Source: Mobula hypostoma
Taxonomy: Eukaryota
NCBI RefSeq assembly: GCF_963921235.1
Contig: NC_086108.1
Coordinates: 3,286,001 to 3,350,000 of the forward strand
Direction: 5' to 3'
DNA: 64,000 nt
Shown one piece after another: positions 13,335 to 25,429 of this stretch. Numbering within the stretch: the first letter of the stretch is position 1; each line of letters opens with the position of its first letter. Both the position numbers and the translations under genes were made by a program. Below the pieces are notes generated by a model. That model did not search any database. It was not told the DNA's origin and saw only the letters and a list, made by a program, of their open reading frames with translations.

Positions 13335-13826
13335 GAAACATAGAAAACCTACAGCATAATACAGGCCATTTGGCCCACAAAATTGTGCTGAACATGTCCT
13401 TACTTTAGAAATTACCCAGGGTTACCCATAGCCCTCTATTTTTCTAAGCTCCATGTACCTATGCAGGAGTCTCTTAAAAGACCCTATTGTATCCACCTCC
13501 ACCACCGTCGCCAGCAGCCCATTCCACGCACTCACCACTCTCTGCATTAAAAGCTTACCCCTGACATCTCCTCTGTACCTACTTCCAAGCACCTTAAAAC
13601 TATGCCCTCTCGTGCTAGCCATTTTAGCCCTGGGAAAAAGCCTCTGACTATCCACACGATCAATGCCTCTCCTCATCTTGTACACCTCCATCAGGTCACC
13701 TCTCATCCTCCGTCACTCCAAGGAGAAAAGGCCAAGTTCACACAACCTATTCTCATAAGGCATGCTCCCCAATCCAGGCAACATCCTTGTAAATCTCCTC
13801 TGCACCCTTTCTATGGTTTCCACATC
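13335..13826 (-). mobile_element. CR1 3' fragment nested in another CR1 3' end (~13285-14300)
   Basis: ORF 13422-13706 MRGDLMEVYK..RKIEGYG; tail tatgtttct. Confidence 0.85.
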
Positions 13827-14304
13827 CATCTATTCTGGGGTGAACTATTAAACTGCCCACTCTCATCGCCCTGCAGCTCTCCACTCCTCTGCCATCCATG
13901 TACCCATCCAAACTTCGTTTAAATGTTGAAATCAAATCCACTTGCGCAGGCCACACTCCACACTCCACACGCTCAGCACCCTCTGAGTGAAAAGGTTTCC
14001 CTTCATGTTCCCCTTAAACAATTCACCTTTCACCTTTAACCCATGACCGATAGTTCTAGTCTCACCCAGCCTCAGCGGAAAAAGCTCCTTGCACTTACCC
14101 TATCTATACCCCTCATAACTGTGTATACCTCTGTCAAATCTCCCCTCCTTCTTCTACGCTCCAGGGAGAAAAGTACGAACCTGTTCAATCTTTCCTATAG
14201 CTCAGGTCCTCAAGTTCTGGCAACATCCTTGTAAAGTTTCTCTGTACTCTTTGAATCTTATTTACATCTTTCCTGCAGGTGACCAGAACCACAAACAATA
14301 CTCC

Positions 14305-14520
14305 AACACGAGGAATTCTGCAGATGCTGGAAATTCAAGCAACACACATCAAAGATGTTGGTGAATGCAGCAGGCCAGGCAGCATCTCTAGGAAGAGGTA
14401 CAGTCGACGTTTCGGGCCGAGACCCTTCGTCAGGACTGTACCCGAAACGTCGACTGTACCTCTTCCTAGAGATGCTGCCTGGCCTGCTGCGTTCACCAGC
14501 AACCTTGATGTGTGTTGCAA
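14305..14520. mobile_element. Penelope-derived fold-back element
   Basis: About 75-bp near-perfect inverted arms (14338-14416 vs 14441-14519). Confidence 0.85.
14397..14442 (-). ncRNA. Minimal type-I hammerhead ribozyme motif
   Basis: GGUACAGUC-CUGACGA-AGGGUCUCGGCCC-GAAA-CG-UC-GACUGUACC: intact core, helix II, 9-bp helix I. Confidence 0.75.
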
Positions 14521-14739
14521 CGATACTCCAGATTAGGCTTCAGCAGCACCATTATTTATTTATTTGGAGAACTAGTGTGGAACTGGCCTTTCTGGCCTAA
14601 CAATGTCTCCAACACTGGGATCATCTCCATACCACCAAGTCCCAGAGAGATGATCGTACAGTCTTCTTGCAATATATTTAGCTGTTGTAAGATAAACTGC
14701 CTCTAGTAGTCTTATAGAGTCTTAGGGTCCTGGAAAAAG

Positions 14740-16050
14740 AGCTTTGACCAGCGGCCAATCAGTGTTTGGGATTGATTAGCAAGGGCAAATTAAGGGAAGG
14801 TGGAGACAAACGCAGCGGCCATCGTCTGAGTGGACAGGGTCAGAGTGGTCATCTTGAGGCTTTAGATCTTCGAGGCTTCAGCAAAGAGAGGCTTCTGTGC
14901 TTCGCTCGGAGAAAGCAAAGGAAAGAAAAGCTCAAGTTTTTACATTTTCTTTATAACTGCTCCGCTTGGACAGTGGAGATGCCAGGCAGGATAGTGGAAT
15001 GCTCTTCTTGTGGGATGTGGGAAGGCAGGGAGATCTCCAGCATCCCCAACGACTACAACTGTGAGAAGAGCATACAGCTGTAGCTTCTAACAATCCACAT
15101 CAAGGAGTTCGAGTTGGAGCTGGAAATGGATGGACTCCGGATTATTTGGGAGGGTGAAGGGATGATAGACAGGACACATAGAGAGGTAGTTACACTCAAG
15201 GTGCAGGACACAGGAAACTGGGTGACAGTCAGGAAGGGGAAAGGGGTTAGGGAGCCAGTGCAGAGTATCTCTGTGGCCATCCCCCTCAACAACAGGTGTA
15301 TCACTTTGGATACTGTCGGAGGGCGGGGGGAGGTGTTTTACCTGACAGAGGAAAGCAGCAGTGGGCGAGTCTCTGTCACTGAGTCTGCCTCTGTGACTCT
15401 GACAGGTGGGGGGGGGGGAAGAAGGGGAAAGCGTTAGGGGATTCATTGCTTTGGGGAACAGACAAGAGGTTCTGAGAGCGAGAACAAGATTCCCTGATGG
15501 TATGTTGTCTCTTTGGTGCCAGGGTCCGGGGTATCTCCCATCAACTCCTCAGCACTCTTAACTGGGTGAACAGCCAGAGGTCATGGTCCATGTAGGTACC
15601 AATGGGTAGGATGAGTGACGAGGTTCTGCAGAGGGAGTTAGGTGCTAAGTTAAAGAACAGGACCTCCAGGATTGCTACCTGTGCCATATGCTAGCGAGGC
15701 CAGAATTAGGAAGATTATTCAGTTCAATATGTGGTTAAGGAGTTGGTGTAGGAGGGAGGGAATAAGAATTTTGGAACATTCGTCTCTCTTCCAGGGAAGG
15801 TTTGCACCTGAACTAGAAGGACTAATATTGCAGCGGGAAGGTTTGTTAATGCTGCACAGTGGGGTTTAAACTAGAGTTACAGGGGGATGGGAACCAGAGT
15901 GCCAAAGCAGTTAATGGAGAGGTTGTGCAGGCAGATGTTGGTAAGACCTCAGATGAAGTTAAAAATCAAAACGCTGAGCATGGTGTGACTAGTGTCCTGA
16001 GCTGTGTATATTTCACTGCACGAAATATCATACAAAGGGCAGATAATAGT
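14740..16050 (+). mobile_element. CR1 5' region, ORF1 (zinc finger plus esterase-like) remnant
   Basis: IVECSSCGMWE..CEKSIQL, GDSLL and HVGTN remnants, start of ORF2 YFTARNI. Confidence 0.8.
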
Positions 16051-16074
16051 GCTGAAGATGGGTAGTCAGAAATA

Positions 16075-16635
16075 TATACTTTAAAATACAAAATGTAAGC
16101 ATTGTGGTCGAAAAAAAAAGAAAATGTGCATTAAAAAGTAATAGTGCAAAATACAGAAAACCATATCGTTGTATACTTGAGGAGGAGGAGTTGTAGTCTC
16201 ATAGCCACAGGTAGAAAGGATCTCCTGTGATGTTCGGTGGTGTATCATTGTATTCTTGTATACTTTAGGAGGAGGAGTTGTAGAGGCTCATAGCCACAGG
16301 GAGGAAGGATCTCCCGTGACGTTCAGTGCTGAACCTCGGAGGAATTAGCCTGTTACTAAAGGTGCTCCTCTGTTTGTCCGGTCTGTCATGGAGGGGGTGA
16401 GAGGGATTGTCCATAAAGCTCCGTAGTTTCTGCAGGATCCTCCTCTCCGACACAACCACCAGGGGATCCAGTTCCACCCCCAGAACAGAACCAGCCTTCC
16501 CGACGAGCTTATCCATGTTCTTGGCGTCAGCTGCTCTCACCCTGCTGCCCCAGCGGACTGGAATGCTGGCCACCACTGAGTCGTAGAACATCTGCAGCAG
16601 AGTACGGCCGATGCTGAATGACCGGAGCCTCCTCA
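16075..16635 (-). mobile_element. Rex1/Babar LINE 3' fragment with short internal duplication
   Basis: MFYDSVVAS..DNPSHPLH..RSFLPVAMSLYN; 16180-16240 duplicates 16268-16330. Confidence 0.8.
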
Positions 16636-16649
16636 GGAAGCACCGTCAC

Positions 16650-19030
16650 CTCTGTCCCTTCTTCTACAGAGCCCCTGTACTTTCAGTCCAGAGGCTGTTG
16701 ACAGGGCAAAACTGCAGTCAACAGGATGAGTTATAACATAAAAGGCAGACAAAATTGAGAAGGGTGAATGCAGGAGTGACGGTGTGGTATCTGAATGTGC
16801 ACTGTATACGGAATAAGGTCGATGAACTTGCAGCACAGTTGCAGATTGGCAGGTATGATACTGCAGGCATCACTGAATCATGGCTGAAAGAAGATTATAG
16901 CTGGGATGCTTAATGTTCAAAGATACACATTGTATTGAAAGGACAGTTGGAAGGCAGAGGGGGCGGTGTTGCTCTGTTGGTAAAAAATGATATCAAGTCA
17001 TTAGAAAGAGGTGACATAGGGTCAGAAGGTGTTGAATCATTGTGGATAGAGCTAAGGAACTGCAAGGGTAAAAAGACCCTGATGGGAGTTGTATACAAAT
17101 CCTCAAACAGTAGCAAGGATGTTGCCTACAAATTACAAAAGGAGATAGAAAATGCATGCCCATGTTACAATAGTCATGGGGGACTTCACTATGCAGGTAG
17201 ATTCGGAAAATCAGGTTGGCGCTGGATTCCAGGAGGGGAAATCTCTGGAGAGCCTACGAGATGGCTTTTTAGAGCAGTTCGTGGTTGAGCCCACTGGGAG
17301 ATCAGCTATTCTGGATTGGGTGTTGTGCAATGAACCAGAGTTGATTAGAGAGCTTAAGGTAAAAGAACCCTTAGGGGAAAGTGATCATAACATGATTGAA
17401 TTCACCCTTAAATTTGAGAAGGAGAAGCAAAATTCAGGTGTACCAATACTACAGTGCAGTAAAGGGAATTACAGAGGAATGAGAGAGGAGTTGGCCAGAA
17501 TGGATTGGGAAATAACACTGGCAGGGATGACAGCAGAGCAGCAATGGCTGGAATTTCTGGAAGCAACTCGGAAGTCACAGGATAGATACATCCCAAATAG
17601 AAGAAGCATTCTAAAAGAAAGATGAAAAAAAAATGGAGGGGGGATCTGATTGAAACGTATAGATCCTAAAGGGATTGGACAGGCTAGATGCGGGAAGATT
17701 GTTCCCGATGTTGGGGAGGTCCAGAACGAGGGGTCACAGTTTGAGGATAGAGGGGAAGCCTTTTAGGACCGAGATTAGGAAAAACTTCTTCACACAGAGA
17801 GTGGTGAATCTGTGGAATTCTCTGCCACAGCAAACTGTTGAGGCCAGTTCATTGGCTATGTTTAAGAGGGAGTTAGATATGGCCCTTGTGGCTACAGGGG
17901 TCAGGGGGTATGGAGGGAAGGCGGGGTTCTGAGTTGGATGATCAGCCATGATCATAATAAATGGCGGTGCAGGCTCGAAAGGCCGAATGGCCTACTCCTG
18001 CACCTATTTTCTATGTTTCTATGTTTCTATAAAAGCCAAAGAGAGGATACATAATAGAGAAAAAATCAGTGTGAAGTTAGAGGATTGGGAAGCTTTTAAA
18101 AACCAATGGAAGGCAACTAAAAATAAGTCAATAAGAAGGTAAAGATGGAATACAAAAGTAAGGTAGCCAATAATATTACAGAGGATACCAAAAGTTTCAA
18201 CAGACACATAAAGTGTAAAAGAGAGGCACGAGTGGATATTGACGGCTGGAAAACGATGCTGGAGAGGTAGTAATGGGGGACAAGGAAATGGCAGATGAAC
18301 TGAACAAGTATTTTTCATCAGTCTTCACTGTGGAAGAGACTGGCAGTATAATAGAAGTTTCAGGTATCAGGGGTATGAATTGTGTGAAGGTTAATTTGCA
18401 GAGGAAAGCAAATGCAACGTTAGAATTCATTTCAAGAGGACTGGAATATAAAAGTAGGGATTTAATGTTGAGACTTTATAAAGCATGGGGAGGCGTCACT
18501 AGCAGTATTGTGAACAGTTTTGGGCCCCTTATCTTAGAAAGGATGTGCTGAAACTGGAGAGGCTTCAAAGGAGGTTCACGCAAATGATTCCAGGATTGAA
18601 TTCATATGAAGTGTGTTTGACGGCTCTGTGCCTGTATTCACTGGAATTCAGAAGAATCAGGGGTGACCTCATTGAAACCTATTGAATGGTGAAAGGCCTT
18701 GATAGAGTGGATGTGGAGAGGATTTTTCCTATGGTGGGAGAGTTTACAACCAGACTCTGACCAGAGGACACAGCCCTGAGATAAGGACGAACTTCTTTTG
18801 CCAGGAATTGGTGAATCTGTGCAGTTTTTTGCCACAGACAGCTTCAGAGACCAAGTCTGTATGCATATTTAAGGCAGAGGTTGATGTATTCTTCATTAGA
18901 CAGGGCCTGATGGGATATGGGGAGGAGGCAGGAAATTGAGAGTGAGTGGAAAATTGGATCAGCCATGATGAAATGGTGGAGCAGACTTGATGGGCCAAAT
19001 GGCCTAATTCTGCTGCTGTACATTATGGCC
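16650..19030 (+). mobile_element. Degraded, internally deleted CR1
   Basis: Endonuclease ORFs 16935-17625 (GGGVAL, MGDF, GESDH) and 3' end. Confidence 0.85.
17635..18028 (+). mobile_element. Young CR1 3' fragment nested in older CR1
   Basis: Nearly identical to the reverse complement of 38301-38700. Confidence 0.92.
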
Positions 19031-19319
19031 TAACACTACAGTGCAGAAACAGGACCTTCGGCCCATCTTGTCTGTGCTATTAATCTGCCTTGTTCCATCG
19101 ATCTGCACCGGAATCATAGTACTTTATATGCTCCCATCCATGTACCTCTCCAAATTTTTCTGAGATATTGAAATTGAGATTGCAGCCACCACTTCCACTG
19201 GAAGCTCGACCCGCACTCGCACCAACCTCTGAGTGAAGAAGCTTCCCCTCAGGTTCCCCTTAAACATTTCACCTTTCACTCTTAACCCATGACGTCTCGT
19301 TCTAGTCTCACTCAACTAG

Positions 19320-19570
19320 AGTTGAATTGATCTTTGGATGGTCTTACCCTAACTGGATTGGGTTCCTTCCTTTCCCACCCACTTGACGTCACCCATCACC
19401 TACCAGCTAGCCTCCTTCCCCTCCTCCTATCGTTTTATTCTGGTGTCTTCCCCCTTCCTTAGTCCTGAAGAAGGGTCTTGGACTGCAACGTTGACTGTTC
19501 ATTCATTTCCATGGATGCTGCCCAACCTGTTGAGTTCCTCCAGCAGCTTGCGTGTCTTGCTCTGGATTCC
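19320..19570 (+). mobile_element. Penelope 3'/pLTR fragment with mutated hammerhead
   Basis: agtcctgaagaagggtcttggactgcaacgttgactg. Confidence 0.65.
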
Positions 19571-19798
19571 TTCTGCCCTACACTGGATGGAGTCAGTTCC
19601 TCCCACCCGTCCTGCCAAATTAGATGAAGCAGTCCATGCAATCCAGTTGAATTCTCTGCCAGGTGGAACTGCGCCTGGCTGTTATTGGCTCACACAGCAC
19701 ACACACGGCAGGTAGTGAGTAATGGAGAGTTAACACAGCTGCAGAGCTGAGCGGCAGTAGGACATACCAAGTGAATCAAAGTGAATTAATACTTATTT

Positions 19799-19804
19799 TT
19801 TATT
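19799..19804 (-). terminator. Candidate SIRT2 polyadenylation signal AATAAA
   Basis: AATAAA on the minus strand in AT-rich non-repeat sequence about 1.25 kb past the stop; no transcript evidence. Confidence 0.35.
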
Positions 19805-20087
19805 TTCCAACATCAGAAACATGCCAAACTTTATATATCTAATATTTAACCATTAATGAAAGATCAGAGCTAATTATTTGTAAATGCATATTAAGAGTAA
19901 TTTGGCGATTTTAAGGTTAAAGTGTTCACACTTCAAACTTCACTCTGTTTCTACAGGACGTTGCCCATCTAGTTCAATTCTCCATCAATCCAATTCCTCA
20001 TTGTTGACAGAGAGACTTCTTGCAGCCCTGCCATCAAAACTATTTTGTGTCAATGTGAACCCAACAAAACTGTATTTACCAGTTACT

Positions 20088-20668
20088 TGCAAACATAAGA
20101 AAATCCGCAGTTACTGGAAATCCAAGCAACACACACAAAATGCTGGTGAGAGAGGGAAATGGCCCACCCATTTCAATTCTACTTCCCTTTCCCATTCCCA
20201 CATGTCAGTCCACGGCCTCCTCTACTGCAGCGATGAAGCCACACTCAGGTTGGAGGAGCAACACCTTATATTCTGTCTGGGTAGCCTCCAACCTGATGGC
20301 ATGAACATCAACTTCCAATAATTGTCCCCCCTGCCTCTCAAAACCATTCCCATTTCCCTTTCATACCTCTGGTGCTCCTTCCCCTTTCCTTTCTACCCTC
20401 CCCGATCAGATTCCCCCTTGTCCAGCCCTTTACCTCTTTCAGCAATTAACTTCCGAGCTCTTTACTTCACCCCTCCCCTCACACTCTCCCAGCTTCACCT
20501 ATCACCTGCCACCTTGAACTTCTTCCTCCCTTTCCCATCTTCTGCTCCAACTCTCATCCTTTTTCCAGTCCTGATGAAGGGTTTCAGCCCAAAATATTGA
20601 CTGTTTATACCCTTTTCCATAGTAGTTGCCTGACCTGCTGAGTTCCTCCAGCATTTTGTGCGCATTAT
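20088..20668 (+). mobile_element. Penelope-like element fragment
   Basis: HFNSTS..HSHMSVHGL..RLEEQHLIFCLGSLQPDGMN (PLE C-terminus) followed by decayed hammerhead at 20566-20603. Confidence 0.8.
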
Positions 20669-21045
20669 TTACCATTTGCTGCTTGGTACTCCCAGACAGC
20701 AGAAACTAAGTCTCATTTTATAGGAAAGAGTGGACAAGGATTAAAAAATTACGCCAAGAATTGCAGTTTCATCCTGACCACCGTGGACATATTGGTCCCC
20801 TGACTAGATTTCTATAATCAAACCATCCAAGAGAAAGCAAACCTGTAATATATATTTTGACGGAGTAACAAGATTGCATTTGATGTCACAGGATTGAGGG
20901 GAGGATGAAGTTCTTTACAGTTAAGATCCATAGCACTTCACCTGAGGTACCGAGGAGTTTGTAAGACAGCTGACTTTCCCTGCCAGATGTCTGGCCTGGT
21001 TATTTGGGGCTGTGGTCTGTCTGCAACCACTGTTTTCTTTAGGCA

Positions 21046-21180
21046 TTAGGCTTCTTGGTCTGTCTCTGCCTCCTGCTTGCTCTTCTCCTCTGAAGCCTGG
21101 GGGCTGGCTGAGGCTTGTGTACCTTTGGCCATGCTGTCTATCATAGCGTGCTCCCTTTCCACAATTCCTTCAAGCTCCTC
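21046..21180 (-). CDS. SIRT2: Sirtuin-2 terminal coding exon
   Basis: cag|EELEGIVEREHAMIDSMAKGTQASASPQASEEKSKQEAETDQEA*; resembles human KELEDLVRREHASID; TAA at 21048-21046. Confidence 0.93.
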   Translation of the reverse strand, partial: EELEGIVEREHAMIDSMAKGTQASASPQASEEKSKQEAETDQEA

Positions 21181-21369
21181 CTGCAAGAGATTGAAAGATA
21201 ATCACACAGGCCCGATGCAAGAACAGGGGATCTGATGAAATCCACTTACTTCTTGTATTACAACACCCTGGCAAGATAACAATGGAAGAGGGAATGTGAA
21301 AACTCTATTTGATTTTGAATAGATTTCTCAAAACGTCATAAACACCATCAAGAACATTCTACCTATCAT

Positions 21370-22585
21370 AGGCAGACAGGGTTGTAAAGAAAGCTCTTAG
21401 CACATTTGTCTTCATAAATCAAAGTACTGAGTACAGGAGTTGTCATGTTGTGTTGAAGTTGTATAAGACATTGGTGAGGTTTAATTTGGAGTACTCTGTG
21501 CAGTTTTGGTCACCTACCTACCTACAGGAAAAACGTAAATAAGGTTGACACAGTGCAGAGAAAATTTACAAGGATGTTGCTTGTTTTGGAGGACCTGAGT
21601 TATATGGAAAGATTGAATAGGTTAGGACTTTATTCCTTGCAATGTAGAAGATTGAAAGGAGATTTGATCAGCCGGATGATGCTAAGGATGTTCTATGAGT
21701 CTGTGGTGGCCAGTGCTATCATGTTTGCTGTTGTGTGCTGGGGCAGCAGGCTGAGGGGAGCAGACACCAACAGAACCAACAAACTCATTCGTAAGGCCAG
21801 TGATGTTGTGGGGATGGAACTGGACTCTCTGACGGTGGTGTCTGAAAAGAGGATGCTGTCTAAGTTGCATGCCATCTTGGACAATGTCTCCCATCCACTA
21901 CATAATGTACTGGGTGGGCACAGGAGTACATTCAGCCAGAGACTCATTCCTCCGAGATGCAGCACAGAGCGTCATAGGAAGTCATTCCTGCCTGTGGCCA
22001 TCAAACTTTACAACTCCTCCCTTGGAGGGTCAGACACCCTGAGCCAATAGGCTGGACTTATTTCCTGGCATAATTTACATATTACTATTTAACTATTTAT
22101 GGTTTTATTACTATTTATTATTTATGGTGCAACTGTAACAAAAACCAATTTCCCTCGGGATCAATAAAGTATGACTATGACTATGACAGAGATATACAAA
22201 ATTATGATGGGTATAGATAGGGTAAATGCAAGCAGGTTTTTTCCACTGAGGTTGAGTGGGACTGAGGTTGAGGGAGAGGGAGAGGTGAGAGAGAGGGAGA
22301 GGTCGTGGGTTAAGTGTGAAAGTTGAAATGTTTAAGGGGAACATGAGGGGAAACTTCTTCACTCGGAGGGTGGTGAGAGTGTGGAATGAGCTGCCAGCAC
22401 AAGTGGTGCATGCGAGCTTGACTTCAACATTTAAGTGAAATTTGGTCAGGTACATGGATAGTAGGAACATGGAGGGCTATGGTTCTGGTGCAGTTCAACT
22501 GGGAGTAGGCAGTTTAGATAGTTTCATCATGGACTAGATGGGCCGAAGGATCTGTTCCTATGCTGTACCTTCCTATGACTCTATG
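21370..22585 (+). mobile_element. CR1 3' fragment interrupted by a Rex1 element
   Basis: LEYSVQFWSP..RLKGDL, resumes at 22188. Confidence 0.8.
21668..22187 (+). mobile_element. Rex1/Babar LINE 3' fragment
   Basis: Open frame MFYESVVAS..HPLH..KSFLPVAIKLYN; aataaa then (tatgac)n tail. Confidence 0.85.
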
Positions 22586-25099
22586 ACATCTTCAGGTGAT
22601 GCCTCAAGAAGGACTATCGCCATTTAAAGTATGTCCATGTTCGATGGGTAATAAAATGGACGAGTTCACGGCGCTAGCCAGGCGTCAGAGAACATTTCGG
22701 GAGAGCAGTGTTATGTGTTTCACAGGAACGGGGCTGCATGAGGACATTCCCGATCAAAACTTCTCCATGGACGGCTTCCAGACCGTTCGGGCTGACCGGA
22801 AGTGCACTGAGAGCGGTAAGCGTAAAGGAGTTGGGTGCTTACTGTTCTGGTTAACAACAGATGGTGCAATCCGGGTCATATTACGATCGAGGAATGTGTT
22901 TGTAGACCAGATATTGAACTTTTTACTGTTGGACTTTGGCCACATTCCACCGAGATACAACACTGGGCGGCATGGGAGGTCGTTCCTGCCTGTGGCCATC
23001 GAACTTGCAGCTCCTCCCGTGGAGGATCAGACATCCTGAGCCAATAGGCTGGTCCTGGACTTATTTTCCATCTGGCATAGTTTGCTTTTTGCTATTTGAT
23101 TGTTTGTGGTTTTTGTATTGCTATATTTACACTCTATTCTTGGTTGGTGCAGCTGTAACGAAACCCAATTTCCCTCGGGATCAATAAAGTATATCTATCT
23201 ATCTAACTATTACTACCATCGGGGAGGAGATACAGGAGCCTGAAAAGGCACACTCAACGTTCCTACAATGAGGGCATGTCCTGGACGGTGATAGGCTTTC
23301 ATGTTGGATGCTGCCTTCTTGGAGCACTGCCTTTTGAAGCTGATGGTGGGGAGTCCTGTGCCCATGACGGGTCTGGTTGAGTCTACAGCCCTCTGCAGCT
23401 TTTTCTCCTCTACATACCAGTCAGAATGCTCTGTACGGTACATCTGTAGAAATTTGCTGGTCTTTGGTGACATACCAATCTCCTCAAACTCCTGATGAAA
23501 TATAGGATATTGGCATGGTTTCTTCGTGATTGCATCAATATGTTGGGCCTGTATCAAAGGAAAGCTATACTGGCCCTGGAGAGGATCCAGAAGACGTTCA
23601 CAAGAACGATCCTCAGGAATAAAAGGCTTCATGTACAAAGAGTATTTGATACTTGTCAGCTTGTACTCAACGGAATGCAGAAGGATGAGGGGGAAATCTC
23701 ACTGACACCTACTGGTTCCCAAGGGCACATCGAAAATGGATGTGAAAAGGACATTTCCTTTGAAATCGAGCTGAGGAGAAATTTATTCAGTCTGAGGGTG
23801 GTAACTGTGGAATTTGCCACCACAGAGGGTGGTTTTTAAGTTATTGGATGTGTTTAAGGCAGAGATTGACAGGAGGCTGAGGGCAATGGGGAGAAGACGG
23901 GAGAATGTGGCTGAGAACAGTCAGTCATGATTGAATGATGGCATGTGCTCGATGGGCCTAATGGCCTGATTCTGCTCCTATGGTATCGTTGCCATTCAAA
24001 AAAGAGCTCCCAACTTCATCCCGTCTTGAGCACTCATTCTGTAGCGTCAGAGTTATGGCTTGAAGTATGCTCAAATATTATTCATGAGTGATTAAGCCTT
24101 TTGCCTCTAACACCCTTTCAGGTGGTGAGTTTCAAACCCTTCCCATCCGCTCTTACCAGGGTGCTGCCTGGATTAGAGAGCATGTCTTATGAGGATAGGT
24201 TGAGCAAGCTAGGGCTTTTCTCTTCGGAGCGAAGGGGAATGACGGGTGAATTGAAAGAGGTGTACAAGATGATAAGAGGCATAGTTCGAGTGGACAGCCA
24301 GAGACTTTTTCCCCAGAGTGGAAATGGCTAATACAAGGAGGCATAATTCTAAGATGATTGGAGGAAAGTATAGGAGGGAATAGAGTCATAGAGAAGTACA
24401 GCACAGAAACAGGCCCTTCAGCCCATTGAGTCCATGCCGAAGCATTTAAACTGCCTACTCCCATCGACCTGCACCAGGACCGCAGCCCTCCATACCCCTA
24501 CCATCCGTGTACCCGTCCAAACTTTGCTTAAACAATGTCAGTGATGTTAGGAACACTTAAGAAACTTGTATATAGGCACGTGGATGATAGGGCTATGTAG
24601 GAGGGAAGGGTTAGATTGATCTTAGAGTAGGTTAAAAGATCAGCACAACAAAATGGCCTGTCTGGGCTATAGTGTTCTATGTTCTTATCTCTCTGCTAAA
24701 GAAAATAGGTCCTCTACCCAGGATCCTCATCATTTTATGCATCATAATCAAGAAGGAACGCAGAGGGGTTTGGGCACTGAATTCCAGAGCTCAGAGCCCA
24801 GGCAGGTATAGGTTCATAACAATAGAGCAACTTATTTCAGACACGGGATGTGAGTGGCACTTTGTCAGTCTGTGTTGCAGTGACTGCCTGGTTCGCAGAG
24901 GAGAGTGCTACCAGTCGACATTCTGTCTGACCATTCAGTGTGAAGTTTTTTGATGTTACAGATCTTACAGGATGGTCAGCAGCAAACTCAATTTGCCTTG
25001 CTTCATTTGGGATTAAAGCCTAAACCATATTCTCCTGTTGGGAAAGTATAGTGCACAAAGATTCAAAGTTCATTTATTATCTGAGAATGTATACAGTAA

Positions 25100-25295
25100 T
25101 GCTGGCCGGTGGTGTAGTAGCACTAGCAGCGGACTTCGAGGCAAATGGTCCTGAGTTCGAATCCAGCCGGCTCCTTCAATATTTTCCATCTGTGCTGGGT
25201 TGAGCAACTCGGCCTCATAAAAAACAATCAAATGCTGTGAAATGGCAAAAATGCTACTCAATGTGCCACAAGGCGAGAAGAGGAACAACAACAAC
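25100..25295 (+). mobile_element. tRNA-derived SINE
   Basis: A box tggtgtagtag, B box gttcgaatcc, (aac)n tail; flanking aatgtat(a/g)cagta duplication at 25086-25098 and 25296-25308. Confidence 0.8.
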
Positions 25296-25429
25296 AATGT
25301 ATGCAGTATACAACTCTGAGATTCACCTTCCCTCAGACAGCCACAAAACAAAGAAAATGCCATGGAACGAACGAACGAACACACACATGCACACACATAC
25401 ACACAAAATGCTGATGAAACTCACAGGCC

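Noticed and set aside
21553..22050. 165-aa hybrid ORF
   Set aside because: Chance in-frame junction of a CR1 and an inserted Rex1 element
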